DNA from: Desulfobacterales bacterium
Lineage (GTDB): Bacteria > Desulfobacterota > Desulfobacteria > Desulfobacterales > UBA5852
Reading direction: 5' to 3'
Assembly: GCA_963674755.2 (NCBI GenBank)
Contig: CAXXVS010000001.1
Location: 512,001 to 576,000, forward strand
Length of the DNA stretch: 64,000 bases
The notes beneath the pieces were generated by a model. It was not told the origin of the DNA, did no database searches, and saw only the letters and a program-made list of their open reading frames with translations. Numbering within the stretch: the first letter of the stretch is position 1; every line of letters begins with the position of its first letter. The position numbers and the translations under genes were made by a program. Below are positions 1 through 10,148 of the stretch, piece by piece.

Positions 1-1
1 C

Positions 2-3000
2 GAGGTGTCGGGGCGTTTGTATCCCGTGGAGGTGCGCTACCGCCCGGTCCAGGAGGGCGAAGAAGGCGAGGGCGAGGAAACCTATGTGGAAGCGGCGCTT
101 GCAGCCGTGGACGATCTGATCCGGGAGAGCTCCCGGGGGGACATGCTGGTCTTCATGCCCAGCGAGCAGGATATCCGCGACACCTGTGAACTGTTGGAGG
201 GCCGCGGTTATGGCAAGACCGAGATCATGCCGCTCTATGCCCGTCTCTCGGCCGCCGACCAGCGCCGGGTGTTCACCGGCCGCGGGGCGCGCAAAATCGT
301 CGTGGCCACCAATGTGGCCGAAACGTCGATTACCATTCCCGGGATCGGCTATGTGGTGGACACGGGGCTGGCCCGTATCCCGCGCTATTCGCCCCGCACC
401 CGCACGACCGCCCTGCCCATCGCCCCCATCGCCCGCAGCAGCGCCGACCAGCGCATGGGGCGCTGCGGCCGGGTGGCCAACGGCATCTGCGTCCGGCTCT
501 ATACCGAAGAAGACTACCAGGGGCGGCCCCGCTTTACCCCGCCGGAGATTCTGCGGGCCAACCTGGCCGAAGTCATCCTGCGGATGATCAGCTTGCAATT
601 GGGGGACATCAGTACCTTTCCCTTTATCGACCCGCCCGATCCCCGCAGCGTGCACGACGGCCTGCAACTGCTGCTGGAGCTGGACGCCATCGAGAAGCAC
701 GACGGCCCTTCCCGCCGCAAAGGGCTGGCCGGCTACCGGCTGACCGACCAGGGGCGGATCATGGCCCGCATGCCCATCGATCCGCGGCTTTCCAGGATGC
801 TGATCGAAGCCCGGCACCACGGCTGCCTGCCCCAATTGCTGGTGATCGCGGCAGCCCTCAGCATCCAGGATCCCCGCGAGCGACCGGTGGACAAGGAGCA
901 GGCCGCCGACCAGGCCCACGGCCGCTTCCGGGATCCGGCCTCCGACTTCGTGACCCTGCTCAACATCTGGGAGCTATCCCGGGAGCACGTGGGCAGCGGG
1001 CCCCTCAGACGGTTTTGCCGGGCGCATTTTCTGTCGTTCCGGCGCATGCGCGAGTGGCGCGATATCCACCGCCAGCTGAGCGCCATCGCGGAAGAGGCCG
1101 CTTTAGGAAACCGCGGCGCCGGCCCGGCCCAAGCCCCCCCGGCGGCCGCTGACGACCGTACGGCGACCTTCGGCGCGCTTTACACGGCGATTCATATGGC
1201 CGTCCTGAGCGGGTTTCTCACCAATATCGCCCACAAGAAAGAGAAGAATATTTTTCGGGCCGCCCGGGGCCGGGAATGCATGCTCTTCCCCGGATCGGGC
1301 CTCTTCAACCGGGCCGGGGACTGGATCGTGGCGGCCGAAATGGTGCACACCTCCCGTTTGTTCGCCCGCATGGCGGCCAACATCGACAGCGCCTGGCTCG
1401 AACGCCTGGCCGGCCGGCAATGCCGCTACACCTACCTGGAACCGCATTGGTCCCGCAAGCGCGGCCAGGTGGTGGCCGACGAGCAGGTCATTCTCTTCGG
1501 CCTCACCATCGTCGAGCACCGCCCGGTGTCCTATGGAAAAGTCGATCCCGAAGGCGCCGCTGAAATTTTTGTGCGCAGCGCCCTGATCGCCGGGGATGTC
1601 CGCCAGCCGCCGGCCTTCATGGCGCACAACCGCGCCCTGATCGAAACGGTGACCGACATGGAAAACCGTCTCCGCCGCCGGGATCTTTTAGTGGATGAGG
1701 AGACCCTCTACCACTTCTATCGCGACCGGCTGGGAACGATCGCCGATACCCGGTCCCTGGCGCGCTTGATCAAAACCAGAGGCGGGGATGCCTTTTTGCG
1801 GCTCCAGCCGGAAGACCTTCTGCGGGCGGAACCCGATGCGGCGGAACTGGCCCTTTACCCGGACGAGATCCATCTGGGAGAGGCCCGGCTCAAGGCCGAC
1901 TACCGGTTCGAGCCGGGAGCCGAAGACGACGGCATCACCGTGGCCGTGCCGGCGGGCAGCGTCCACCGCGTCGATCCGGCCGATGCCGACTGGCTGGTGC
2001 CGGGCCTGCTGGGGGAGAAAATTGCCGCCATGCTCAAGGCTCTGCCGAAACCCTATCGCCGGCAGCTGGTCCCGGTGAATGATACGGCTGACATCATCGC
2101 CCGGGAAATGCCCAAGACCAAGGAGGATCTGGCCACCGCGCTGGGCCACTTCATCCACAGCCGTTTCAAGGTGGACATTCCGGCCGCGGCCTGGCAGGAA
2201 GTGGTTATCCCGGATCACCTGCGCCTGCGGTTTGCGGTTGTGGCTGCGGACGGCGAGGCCCTGGCCGTGGGCCGCGAGCCGGCGGTGTTGAACACGGTAG
2301 CGCCCGAGCTGCCACCCGACCGCCAACTGGAAAGGGCCCGGCGCCAATGGGAATGCGACGATCTCACGGACTGGCCGGCGGTGGACCTGCCGGAGCAGAT
2401 CGAGATCGGCAACGAGCGGACCGGCCGGCATATCCTGTTCCCGGCCCTGACCGTCACAGGGCCGGCGGAGCACCGCGTCGGGGTACGTTTGCATGGCACC
2501 TTCGAGCAGGCCGAGAAGGCCCAGCGCGCCGGGGTGGCCGCCCTTTTGGAGCAGCGGCTGGCGACTGACCTGCGGCATCTCAAACGGCAGTTGACCCTGC
2601 CCCGGGACGCCGCCACCCAGGTTCGCTTCGAGGGGGGCGCCCGGGCCCTCGAACAGCAGCTCTACGACCGGGTCAAACACGATTTGTTCTATCAGCCGGT
2701 CCGCACCAGGGAGGCCTTTGCATCCCTGGCGGCATCGGCCCAGCGGGCATTGATCACCACCGGGCGACACTATCTGGAAGCCGTGCTTCCGGTTTTGGAA
2801 GCCCTTGATCAGGTGCGCACAACGCTTTTCCGGGTGGAAGGTCAGCTGGGTGCCAAAGGGCCTCTGGCGGACTTCCTCCAGGCCCGGCGGGAGGAGATCC
2901 AGCGCCTGGTGCCGGCCCGTTTTGTCTTCCTCTATGGACAGGAGCGCTTGCCGCACCTGGTGCGCTACCTGCAAGCCGTGGCCCTCCGGGTGGAGCGGGC

Positions 3001-3247
3001 CGTGGTGCAATTCGACCGCGATCAGGCCAAAGCCGAAGCGCTCCGGCGCTGGGAAGACGGCCTGCAGGCGCTGCTCGACCAACTCAATGCCCGCTCGTCG
3101 GATCGCAAACGGGCGGCCCTGGAGGAACTGTTTTGGATGATCGAGGAGTACAAGGTCTCCCTTTTCGCCCAGGAGCTCAAGACGGCCGGACCGATTTCGG
3201 CCAAGCGGTTGGAGAAGAAGGTGGCCGAGATCCGGCGCATGGCCTGA
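2..3247 (+). CDS. hrpA: ATP-dependent RNA helicase HrpA (5' end lies before the window)
   Basis: DEAH-helicase motifs VSGRLYPV, ATNVAETSITIPGI and QRMGRCGR; HA2 region (MPIDPRLSRML); C-terminal WMIEEYKVSLFAQEL typical of HrpA. Walker A/DEAH motifs absent because the ORF is open at the window edge. Confidence 0.93.
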   Translation, partial: EVSGRLYPVEVRYRPVQEGEEGEGEETYVEAALAAVDDLIRESSRGDMLVFMPSEQDIRDTCELLEGRGYGKTEIMPLYARLSAADQRRVFTGRGARKIVVATNVAETSITIPGIGYVVDTGLARIPRYSPRTRTTALPIAPIARSSADQRMGRCGRVANGICVRLYTEEDYQGRPRFTPPEILRANLAEVILRMISLQLGDISTFPFIDPPDPRSVHDGLQLLLELDAIEKHDGPSRRKGLAGYRLTDQGRIMARMPIDPRLSRMLIEARHHGCLPQLLVIAAALSIQDPRERPVDKEQAADQAHGRFRDPASDFVTLLNIWELSREHVGSGPLRRFCRAHFLSFRRMREWRDIHRQLSAIAEEAALGNRGAGPAQAPPAAADDRTATFGALYTAIHMAVLSGFLTNIAHKKEKNIFRAARGRECMLFPGSGLFNRAGDWIVAAEMVHTSRLFARMAANIDSAWLERLAGRQCRYTYLEPHWSRKRGQVVADEQVILFGLTIVEHRPVSYGKVDPEGAAEIFVRSALIAGDVRQPPAFMAHNRALIETVTDMENRLRRRDLLVDEETLYHFYRDRLGTIADTRSLARLIKTRGGDAFLRLQPEDLLRAEPDAAELALYPDEIHLGEARLKADYRFEPGAEDDGITVAVPAGSVHRVDPADADWLVPGLLGEKIAAMLKALPKPYRRQLVPVNDTADIIAREMPKTKEDLATALGHFIHSRFKVDIPAAAWQEVVIPDHLRLRFAVVAADGEALAVGREPAVLNTVAPELPPDRQLERARRQWECDDLTDWPAVDLPEQIEIGNERTGRHILFPALTVTGPAEHRVGVRLHGTFEQAEKAQRAGVAALLEQRLATDLRHLKRQLTLPRDAATQVRFEGGARALEQQLYDRVKHDLFYQPVRTREAFASLAASAQRALITTGRHYLEAVLPVLEALDQVRTTLFRVEGQLGAKGPLADFLQARREEIQRLVPARFVFLYGQERLPHLVRYLQAVALRVERAVVQFDRDQAKAEALRRWEDGLQALLDQLNARSSDRKRAALEELFWMIEEYKVSLFAQELKTAGPISAKRLEKKVAEIRRMA

Positions 3248-3423
3248 CATTCGTTTCCAAGGGGCATCTTTCGGCCCCGGCCGGCGTTCTCGCCTTTCAA
3301 CAATCCTCGGCGTAGACAACTACGCCTGCGGTTGTGGAAAGGCTGCGGCCTTGGCCGGAACCAAAATCTACCCCTTGGAAACGAATGTCTGATGGAAGTA
3401 TGTCCTCCCTCCGGTGGTGCGTA

Positions 3424-4242
3424 ATGGTCGGTCATGCCATAAAAACGAGATCGCTTCTGCTTTTCCTGGGCCTGGCCTATGGGGCTTTGTGGGGCCTCTT
3501 TGGGCTGGGCACCTGGCTGGGGATTCCTTTTTCGATGGATCCGCGAACGCGGGGCGGGCTATTTTTCCTGATCGGCGCTGCTGCGCCGTCGTTGAGCGCC
3601 CTGGGGGCGGTCTTCGTTGTCGAGAAAGCGGAAGGGCTGCGGGGGTTGTTGAAGCGCGCCCTGGCCTGGCGGTTTTCGCCCTTCTGGTATCTGACGGCCG
3701 TTGCCGTCCCCTTCGCCGTCAACGGCCTCAATGCACTGATAGCCGTTGCCTTTCTGGGGCGCGCTTTGCCTTCCCAATGGTATGCGCCGGCCTTCGGACC
3801 GGGGTTTCTGTTGTTCTTTCTGGTCTATAACGGCCTGGGGGAAGAAATCGGCTGGCGCGGGCTGGCCCTGCCGGTTCTCCAGCAGCGGCTGGGATCCCTG
3901 GGCGGCAGCATCGCGGTGGGCGTGCTGTGGGCGCTGTGGCATCTGCCCCTGTTCTGGATGCGGGGGTCCTACCAGTACGGTGATTCGATCCTTTTGTTCA
4001 TGCTGCTCCTGACCTGCTGGTCCATCATCATCGGCATGCTCGTCGACAAAGGCGGCGGCAGTATTCTGCCGGCGATTTTGTTGCATGAAGGGGCCAATTT
4101 CATTGCCTTCAGTTTCCGCTACCCGGGCTCGGGTTACGGTTATCTCGTCTGGATTCTGGCGGCCGGCCTGGCCGCGCTCTGGTTGCCGCGGCCGCGCTGG
4201 AAGTGGCCATGGCAGGCGACGGATTCCCCTGCCATCCGCTGA
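3424..4242 (+). CDS. CPBP family (CAAX/Abi-type) intramembrane glutamic endopeptidase
   Basis: GEEIGWRG, WALWHLP and ILLHEGAN motifs; several hydrophobic segments; start uncertain (3334-3424). Confidence 0.85.
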   Translation: MVGHAIKTRSLLLFLGLAYGALWGLFGLGTWLGIPFSMDPRTRGGLFFLIGAAAPSLSALGAVFVVEKAEGLRGLLKRALAWRFSPFWYLTAVAVPFAVNGLNALIAVAFLGRALPSQWYAPAFGPGFLLFFLVYNGLGEEIGWRGLALPVLQQRLGSLGGSIAVGVLWALWHLPLFWMRGSYQYGDSILLFMLLLTCWSIIIGMLVDKGGGSILPAILLHEGANFIAFSFRYPGSGYGYLVWILAAGLAALWLPRPRWKWPWQATDSPAIR

Positions 4243-4250
4243 CGACCGTC

Positions 4251-5105
4251 TCATCTGAAATCCGTCGGGCCTCGGTATTGCTCGGCCAGGGCCTCGTAGG
4301 TTTCGGCCTCCCGGATTTTACCCCGTTTGCGGCAGCCCGCCGCATAAATAATGCATTTTTCCACAAGCTTGGCTTTTGCCGCACAGAACTGATCGTCTGA
4401 GAGCGTACCGCTGCCAAGGATCTTGTCGAGGGACTGGATGCGGTAGCGGTCCAGGCTGTGTTGGCGGGAGAGCTGATCCGGGTGGCCGCCGCGTTTGACC
4501 ACCAGGGGCTCTTCGATCAGGTGGATCGGATAATGCGCACTGACCCGCAGCCAGAGATCGTAATCCTCACAGGCGGGCAGTTCCTCGTCGAACAGACCCA
4601 CCGCGTCGAACAGTTCCCGGCGCATCATGACGGCCGATGGACTCACCAGGCAAAGCCCTAAGGAAGGTTCGAAAATCCACCCCGAGGGTTTGCGGTGCCG
4701 CTGCTTGGGATTGACGCGTACGCCCCGGCGAATCCAGATTTCCTCGGTCTGGCAGATCATGGCGTCCGGGTGGGCGTCGAAAAAGGCCACCTGGTGGGCC
4801 AGCTTTTCCGGCTGCCACCAATCGTCCGAATCCAGAAAGGCCAGCAGCCGCCCACATGAAGCCTGGATGCCCCGGTTACGGGCGGCACTGACGCCCTGAT
4901 TCGTCTGTTGCAGAAACCGTACGGGGGGGCCCCAGGACGAGGCGATTCGGGCGGTATCGTCGCGGGAGCCGTCGTTCACGATGATCAGCTCGAAATCCTG
5001 GAAGGTTTGCTCCCTTACGGAGGTCACGGCCTGGGGCAGGCACCAGGCCCGGTTGTAGGTCGGGATGATAACGGACACCGGAACGGCGGGCGTGCTTGGG
5101 GTCAT
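4251..5105 (-). CDS. Glycosyltransferase family 2 protein
   Basis: VSVIIPTYNR, IIVNDGSRD, GVSAARNRG, FLDSDD and EDYDLWLR motifs. Confidence 0.92.
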   Translation of the reverse strand: MTPSTPAVPVSVIIPTYNRAWCLPQAVTSVREQTFQDFELIIVNDGSRDDTARIASSWGPPVRFLQQTNQGVSAARNRGIQASCGRLLAFLDSDDWWQPEKLAHQVAFFDAHPDAMICQTEEIWIRRGVRVNPKQRHRKPSGWIFEPSLGLCLVSPSAVMMRRELFDAVGLFDEELPACEDYDLWLRVSAHYPIHLIEEPLVVKRGGHPDQLSRQHSLDRYRIQSLDKILGSGTLSDDQFCAAKAKLVEKCIIYAAGCRKRGKIREAETYEALAEQYRGPTDFR

Positions 5106-5401
5106 ATGGCGCTTCCACATAAGGTCATGGAACCAAAACGGCTGTCCCGGCCCACTGATAGAAGGACTGGTGCGCAATGTCAATTCGGACGGGCGCTGCC
5201 GCCCGTTCTCGAAAAGGGCTATTGGTCCCGGGGGGTTGCACTTGACGGGCCGATTTGTTACACAGATAGGCCTCAACCCGTTCAATTTTTATTTTGCATT
5301 CATTCCCCGTAGGTTACACCAGAAAGGAGGCCATCTTCAAACGCCATTCTGGCCCCACTGTTCACGCGGGCCATAACCCTTATGTATTCGAGGAGGTTCC
5401 C

Positions 5402-6382
5402 ATGAGAAAAGCACTATTCTTGACGGTTGCCATCGTATTCGGCCTGGCCCTGATAATGGGCGGCACCCCGGCCGACGTCCAGGCCAAAACCACCTTTGTC
5501 ACCATCGGCACCGGCGGGATTACGGGTGTCTACTATCCCACCGGCGGCGCCATCGCCAAGATGGTCAATGCCAAACGCGACGAGTACGGCATCCGTGCCA
5601 CGGTCGAGTCCACCGGCGGATCGGCCTTCAACATCAACGCCGTCATGGCCGGCGACCTGGAGTTCGGCGTAGCCCAGTCCGACCGCCAGTATCAGGCTTA
5701 TAACGGTATCGAAGAGTGGGCCGGTAAACCCCAGAAAGACCTGCGGGCCGTATTCTCGATTCACGCGGAGACGGTCGACCTGATCGCCTCGGTGGATTCC
5801 GGCATCAATACCATCCAGGACCTCAAGGGCAAGCGCGTCAATATCGGCAATTTCGGCTCCGGATTTCGCCAAAACGCCATTGATGCCCTGGAAGCCAACG
5901 GATTGAATTACGAGACCGATTTCACCGCCGAAAACATCGCGGCGCCCGAAGCACCCGGCCTCATTCAGGACGGCCGCCTAGATGCTGCTTTCTACACCGT
6001 GGGGCATCCCAGCGGCTATTACAAGGAAGCCACGGCCGGCAAGGTCAAGGTCAAATTCATCCCGATTCCCAATACGGACAAGATCGTCGCCAAGTATCCC
6101 TACTACGCCAAGGCCAAGACCCTGATGTCCAACTACCCGGGCGCCGCCAACACCGAAGACGCTGTCGAGACGTTCGGTGTCAAAGCCACCTTCGTGACTT
6201 CCGCCAATGTGCCCGATGAAGTGGTCTATGCCATCACCAAGGAAGTCTTCGACAACTTCGATCAATTCGTCAAGCTCCACCCGGCCTATGCCGGCCTGAC
6301 CAAGGAAGACATGCTGACCGGTCTTTCCGCGCCGATCCATCCCGGTGCAATGAAATACTACAAGGAAGCCGGTCTGAAGTAA
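5402..6382 (+). CDS. TAXI-family TRAP transporter solute-binding subunit
   Basis: Signal peptide; IGTGGITGVYYPTGG, STGGSAFN and C-terminal PIHPGAMKYYKE motifs; GAGGAGG SD before ATG 5402. Confidence 0.93.
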   Translation: MRKALFLTVAIVFGLALIMGGTPADVQAKTTFVTIGTGGITGVYYPTGGAIAKMVNAKRDEYGIRATVESTGGSAFNINAVMAGDLEFGVAQSDRQYQAYNGIEEWAGKPQKDLRAVFSIHAETVDLIASVDSGINTIQDLKGKRVNIGNFGSGFRQNAIDALEANGLNYETDFTAENIAAPEAPGLIQDGRLDAAFYTVGHPSGYYKEATAGKVKVKFIPIPNTDKIVAKYPYYAKAKTLMSNYPGAANTEDAVETFGVKATFVTSANVPDEVVYAITKEVFDNFDQFVKLHPAYAGLTKEDMLTGLSAPIHPGAMKYYKEAGLK

Positions 6383-6604
6383 TCCGTCATAAGCCCACGG
6401 CGGCGGGTCGCCCTATTCACGCGATTGTCTTTCAGGGGATCTGCCGCCGTACAGGCGCGATATCGCGCCAGAGAGTTACCCCATTTTGGGGGCGTGCAAT
6501 TCCGCCGAATACGACTCATGCCCTGAGCGCTAAACACGTTTCGACTTCCCCAGGAAATGCGGCATCGGAAGCTTCGGATCTTTATTTTGGAGTAGGTGAC
6601 CACC

Positions 6605-8680
6605 ATGAGCAAAGTTGAAATCGACGGACGAGACGACGGTCTGGAACTGGCCAAACGCATGGCCGAGGAGGAAGAAGGCATCGGCCGAAGGCCCCGCGGG
6701 CCCATCCGATGGGTGATTCCCACCATTTGCGTGGCCTGGAGTATATTTCAACTTTCCATTGCCAGCTGGCTGATTGTGGACACCACTTTCATCCGCGCCA
6801 TTCACCTGGGGTTCGCCCTATTGGTGGTCTACCTTAATTATCCCATGCTCAAGAAACCGATCTTGGGGCTCAAATACCTGGCAATCAAGGACCGGATTCC
6901 GATTCTCGATTTTGTTCTGGCCGTGGTGGCCTGCTTTTCGGCCCTCTACATCGCCATCGACTTCGAAGGCATGACAATGCGTTTGGGCCAGCCCATTACA
7001 CGGGATATCGTCATCGGCCTTGCGTTGGTATTCCTTCTGCTGGAGGCTTCCCGCCGGGTTATCGGCCCCGCCCTGACGGTAATCGCCGGGGCGTTCATTG
7101 TTTACGCCTTTGCCGGGCCTTACATGCCGGACCTGATCGCCTTCAAGGGCACGTCCATGGGCCGTTTTGTGGGGCAGATGACCATGTCCACGGCAGGGAT
7201 CTATGGCATTCCATTGGATGTGTCCGCCACCATAGTATTCCTGTTCGTTCTGTTCGGCGCCATGCTGGACAAGGCCGGCGCCGGCCAATATTTCATCCGC
7301 CTGGCCTTGAGCCTGTTGGGTGGTTTCAAGGGCGGCCCGGCCAAGGCCGCCGTCATGGGCAGCGGGCTTACCGGCCTGGTGTCCGGCTCCAGTATCGCCA
7401 ATATCGTGACCACCGGGACCTTCACCATTCCTTTGATGAAAAAGGTGGGCTATCCCGCCAAGAAGGCGGCTGCCGTGGAAGTGGCCGCCAGCACGGACGG
7501 CCAGCTGGCCCCCCCCATCATGGGGGCGGCGGCCTTCATTATCGCCGAGTACGTGAACGTCCCTTACGTGGATGTGATCAAAGCGGCCGCCGTCCCGGCG
7601 TTTGCTTCCTATGCCGCTTTGTTTTACATTACCCACATCGAAGCCTCCAAGCTTGGGTTGCGCGGAATTCCGCGCAACGAATTGCCCGCATTTTTCAAAA
7701 CCCTTTTCGCTGGCGCACATTATCTGATACCCATCTCCATGCTGCTCTGGGAGCTGATTGTGGAACGGCACTCCCCTGAATTGGCAGCCTTCAACGCCAT
7801 TTGGGTGATGGCCATTATTATGCTCTTCCAGCGGCCGATTGTCGCCATGAGCCGCAAGGAGCCCCTCGGACCGGCCGTCAAGCAGAGCATTGTGGACATT
7901 TTCGGGGCCTTGGCGAGCGGGGCCCGCAACATGGTGGCCGTGGCGCTGGCCACGGCGGCGGCCGGGATCATCGTCGGTGTAGTGGCCCTGGGCCTGGGGC
8001 AGCTCATCACCGCCATTATCGATACGTTATCGGGAGGCAATATCTATATAATGCTGGTGATTACGGCGTTGGCCAGCCTGATCATCGGCATGGGACTGCC
8101 CACGACGGCCACCTATATCGTCATGGCCTCCCTGACGGCCCCGGCCATTGTCGAGATTGGGGCGTTTAACGATTTTATCGTACCCCTCATGTCGGCCCAT
8201 CTGTTCTGCTTCTACTTCGGCATCCTGGCGGACGACACCCCACCGGTGGGGCTGGCGGCCTATGCGGCCGCCGCCATTGCCAAATCACCCCCCATTGCGA
8301 CCGGCATCCAGGGCTTCATGTATGACATCCGGACGGCGATCCTGCCGTTCATGTTCATCTTCAATAGTGATCTCATTCTGCACAATGTCGATTCATGGCC
8401 CCAGGGGATTTTGATTTTTATCATGGCCTGCATGGGAAACTTCGCCTTTGCATCGGCCACCCAGGGCTGGTTTGTGGCCCGCAATAAAATCTGGGAACTG
8501 CCCCTTCTCCTGTCGGTAACCCTCTCCCTCATGCGGCCGGACCTGATTGCATCGCTCATCGGTATCCCCCATGAGCAGCGCTACTGGACCTATCTCATCG
8601 GTCTTGGGATCTACGGTCTGATTTATATGATGCAGCGGCCCCGTATGCCGAAAGAAGAGCAGGTACTCGTGGCGGCCTGA
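6605..8680 (+). CDS. TRAP transporter fused permease (4TM/12TM, DctQM fusion)
   Basis: GGPAKAAV, SGSSIANIVTTGTFTIPLMK, GMGLPTTATY and DDTPPVGLAAY motifs; follows the TAXI gene. Confidence 0.93.
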   Translation: MSKVEIDGRDDGLELAKRMAEEEEGIGRRPRGPIRWVIPTICVAWSIFQLSIASWLIVDTTFIRAIHLGFALLVVYLNYPMLKKPILGLKYLAIKDRIPILDFVLAVVACFSALYIAIDFEGMTMRLGQPITRDIVIGLALVFLLLEASRRVIGPALTVIAGAFIVYAFAGPYMPDLIAFKGTSMGRFVGQMTMSTAGIYGIPLDVSATIVFLFVLFGAMLDKAGAGQYFIRLALSLLGGFKGGPAKAAVMGSGLTGLVSGSSIANIVTTGTFTIPLMKKVGYPAKKAAAVEVAASTDGQLAPPIMGAAAFIIAEYVNVPYVDVIKAAAVPAFASYAALFYITHIEASKLGLRGIPRNELPAFFKTLFAGAHYLIPISMLLWELIVERHSPELAAFNAIWVMAIIMLFQRPIVAMSRKEPLGPAVKQSIVDIFGALASGARNMVAVALATAAAGIIVGVVALGLGQLITAIIDTLSGGNIYIMLVITALASLIIGMGLPTTATYIVMASLTAPAIVEIGAFNDFIVPLMSAHLFCFYFGILADDTPPVGLAAYAAAAIAKSPPIATGIQGFMYDIRTAILPFMFIFNSDLILHNVDSWPQGILIFIMACMGNFAFASATQGWFVARNKIWELPLLLSVTLSLMRPDLIASLIGIPHEQRYWTYLIGLGIYGLIYMMQRPRMPKEEQVLVAA

Positions 8681-8762
8681 TGCCAACGCCGTCGATCCTG
8701 CCATGAAGATTTCGCTGGATACCCCGATCCAGGGGAACAACTATTCAACTTAGGACGATTTC

Positions 8763-9260
8763 ATGAAAACCGTTCGTAAAGTTCTCGTGGCCCTGGCGTT
8801 TTCCGACTACGCCAAGGGCACTTATGCGTTTGCCGCCGATTTCGCCCAGGCGACCGGGGCCGAACTGATTGTGGCCAGTGTAATCAATGAACGCGATGTG
8901 GAATCCGTACGGACGATTTCCGCCATGGGCTACGAAGTCGACGGGGAGCACTACGTCGAAGGTATCAAGGCGGACAGGGCGCGCTTATTGGAAGGGATCA
9001 TGTCCGGCAGCGATTTGCCCCGGGAGCGTGTCCGTACTGTATTTGTGCTGGGCCATCCCATCGACGAACTCCTTAAACTGATTGTGCAGGAAGCTGTCGA
9101 TGTGGTGGTCATGGGGCCCAAAGGGCGTACCGATCTGGAACATGTCCTGGTGGGATCGGTGGCCGAAAAGATTTTTCGACGTTCCCCGGCCACAGTCATT
9201 TCCTATCGCGACGGCCAGGTGGCCGAGCGCTATAAACAACGGATCGAAAAGCACCTCTAG
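8763..9260 (+). CDS. Universal stress protein (Usp)
   Basis: KVLVALAFS N-terminus and VVMGPKGRTDLEHVLVGSVAEKIFR motif; Usp genes commonly follow TAXI-TRAP operons. Confidence 0.9.
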   Translation: MKTVRKVLVALAFSDYAKGTYAFAADFAQATGAELIVASVINERDVESVRTISAMGYEVDGEHYVEGIKADRARLLEGIMSGSDLPRERVRTVFVLGHPIDELLKLIVQEAVDVVVMGPKGRTDLEHVLVGSVAEKIFRRSPATVISYRDGQVAERYKQRIEKHL

Positions 9261-9344
9261 CCCCTGCGCCCACCGGCCTGTCCCGGACGTCGACCTGTTC
9301 CCCGGGGTCGACGACAGACCACCTATTTTCCCAAGGAGGGTTCT

Positions 9345-9833
9345 ATGGCCCGCATGCTTCCAATCGTTCCGATATCCTTTTGGATTGGCATGGTGCTGCT
9401 CCTGGCGGGCGCCGCTGTCGCCGGTGAGCGGTTTGCCGACAACGGCGACGGAACCGTAACGGATCACAAAAACCGATTGATGTGGGCGCGTGCCGACAAC
9501 CAGGGCGATATCGACTGGAAACAGGCCGATCGCTGGATCCGCTTTACCTTCCCCGATACGATTCAGGGCCGTTACGATGACTGGCGCCTGCCCACCCTGG
9601 CAGAGTTGCAAACGCTCTATGTCCGGGATACCGCCTATGACGGCTACGAGACCGACTGCGGCCAGGTGGTGCGTATCGCCCCTCAGATCCGCCTGAGTTG
9701 CGGATGGGTCTGGGCTGCGGATACCCAGCTGATTACGGCCGCTGTTTTCAACTTCCAGCGAGGCATTCATTACACGGACCGCATGGTCCATTTTCGTGGA
9801 TATCGTGCGTTGGCGGTCCGCGATATCGATTAA
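9345..9833 (+). CDS. Exported DUF1566 (Lcl C-terminal-like) domain protein
   Basis: Signal peptide, RFADNGDGTVTD...LMW and DWRLPTLAELQTL motifs; AAGGAGG SD. Confidence 0.82.
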   Translation: MARMLPIVPISFWIGMVLLLAGAAVAGERFADNGDGTVTDHKNRLMWARADNQGDIDWKQADRWIRFTFPDTIQGRYDDWRLPTLAELQTLYVRDTAYDGYETDCGQVVRIAPQIRLSCGWVWAADTQLITAAVFNFQRGIHYTDRMVHFRGYRALAVRDID

Positions 9834-9934
9834 CCGGGCTGCCGCTCAAGGCCTGTGCCGCAAAGGGTTCGGCAGCCGGACCGCCACCGTTTCCCCGCAT
9901 CAGGAAAAGCCCGGCTCCCGAAGCTTTCACAGGG

Positions 9935-9963
9935 TTGACAAACGACCGCTCAAACCTATCTTA
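9935..9963 (+). promoter_or_regulatory. Candidate heat-shock/sigma70-type promoter for htpG
   Basis: TTGACA (9935-9940) followed by CCTATCTT; fits a sigma70 -10 (TATCTT, 16-nt spacer) or a sigma32-like CCCCATNT box. Confidence 0.45.
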
Positions 9964-10148
9964 TATGCCGAAATAAAAGGGCTTTTGCCTGCCATTACGT
10001 CTCCTGCACAGCGGGGGGCGTCTTTTTTGGCGGGCGGGAGAGGCTATCCGTTTGCGCTCCGGCAACCCGGTGCCTCCACGTGGTGCGGCACCATGCGAAC
10101 GTCGGGGTCATCCTACTCATTACCAGGCAAGGAGACGGTAAAATCACA

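Noticed and set aside
3424..4242. CPBP protease as part of a bacteriocin/RiPP or Abi defence locus
   Set aside because: No adjacent precursor, modification or defence genes; it lies more than 50 kb from the NQHK peptide
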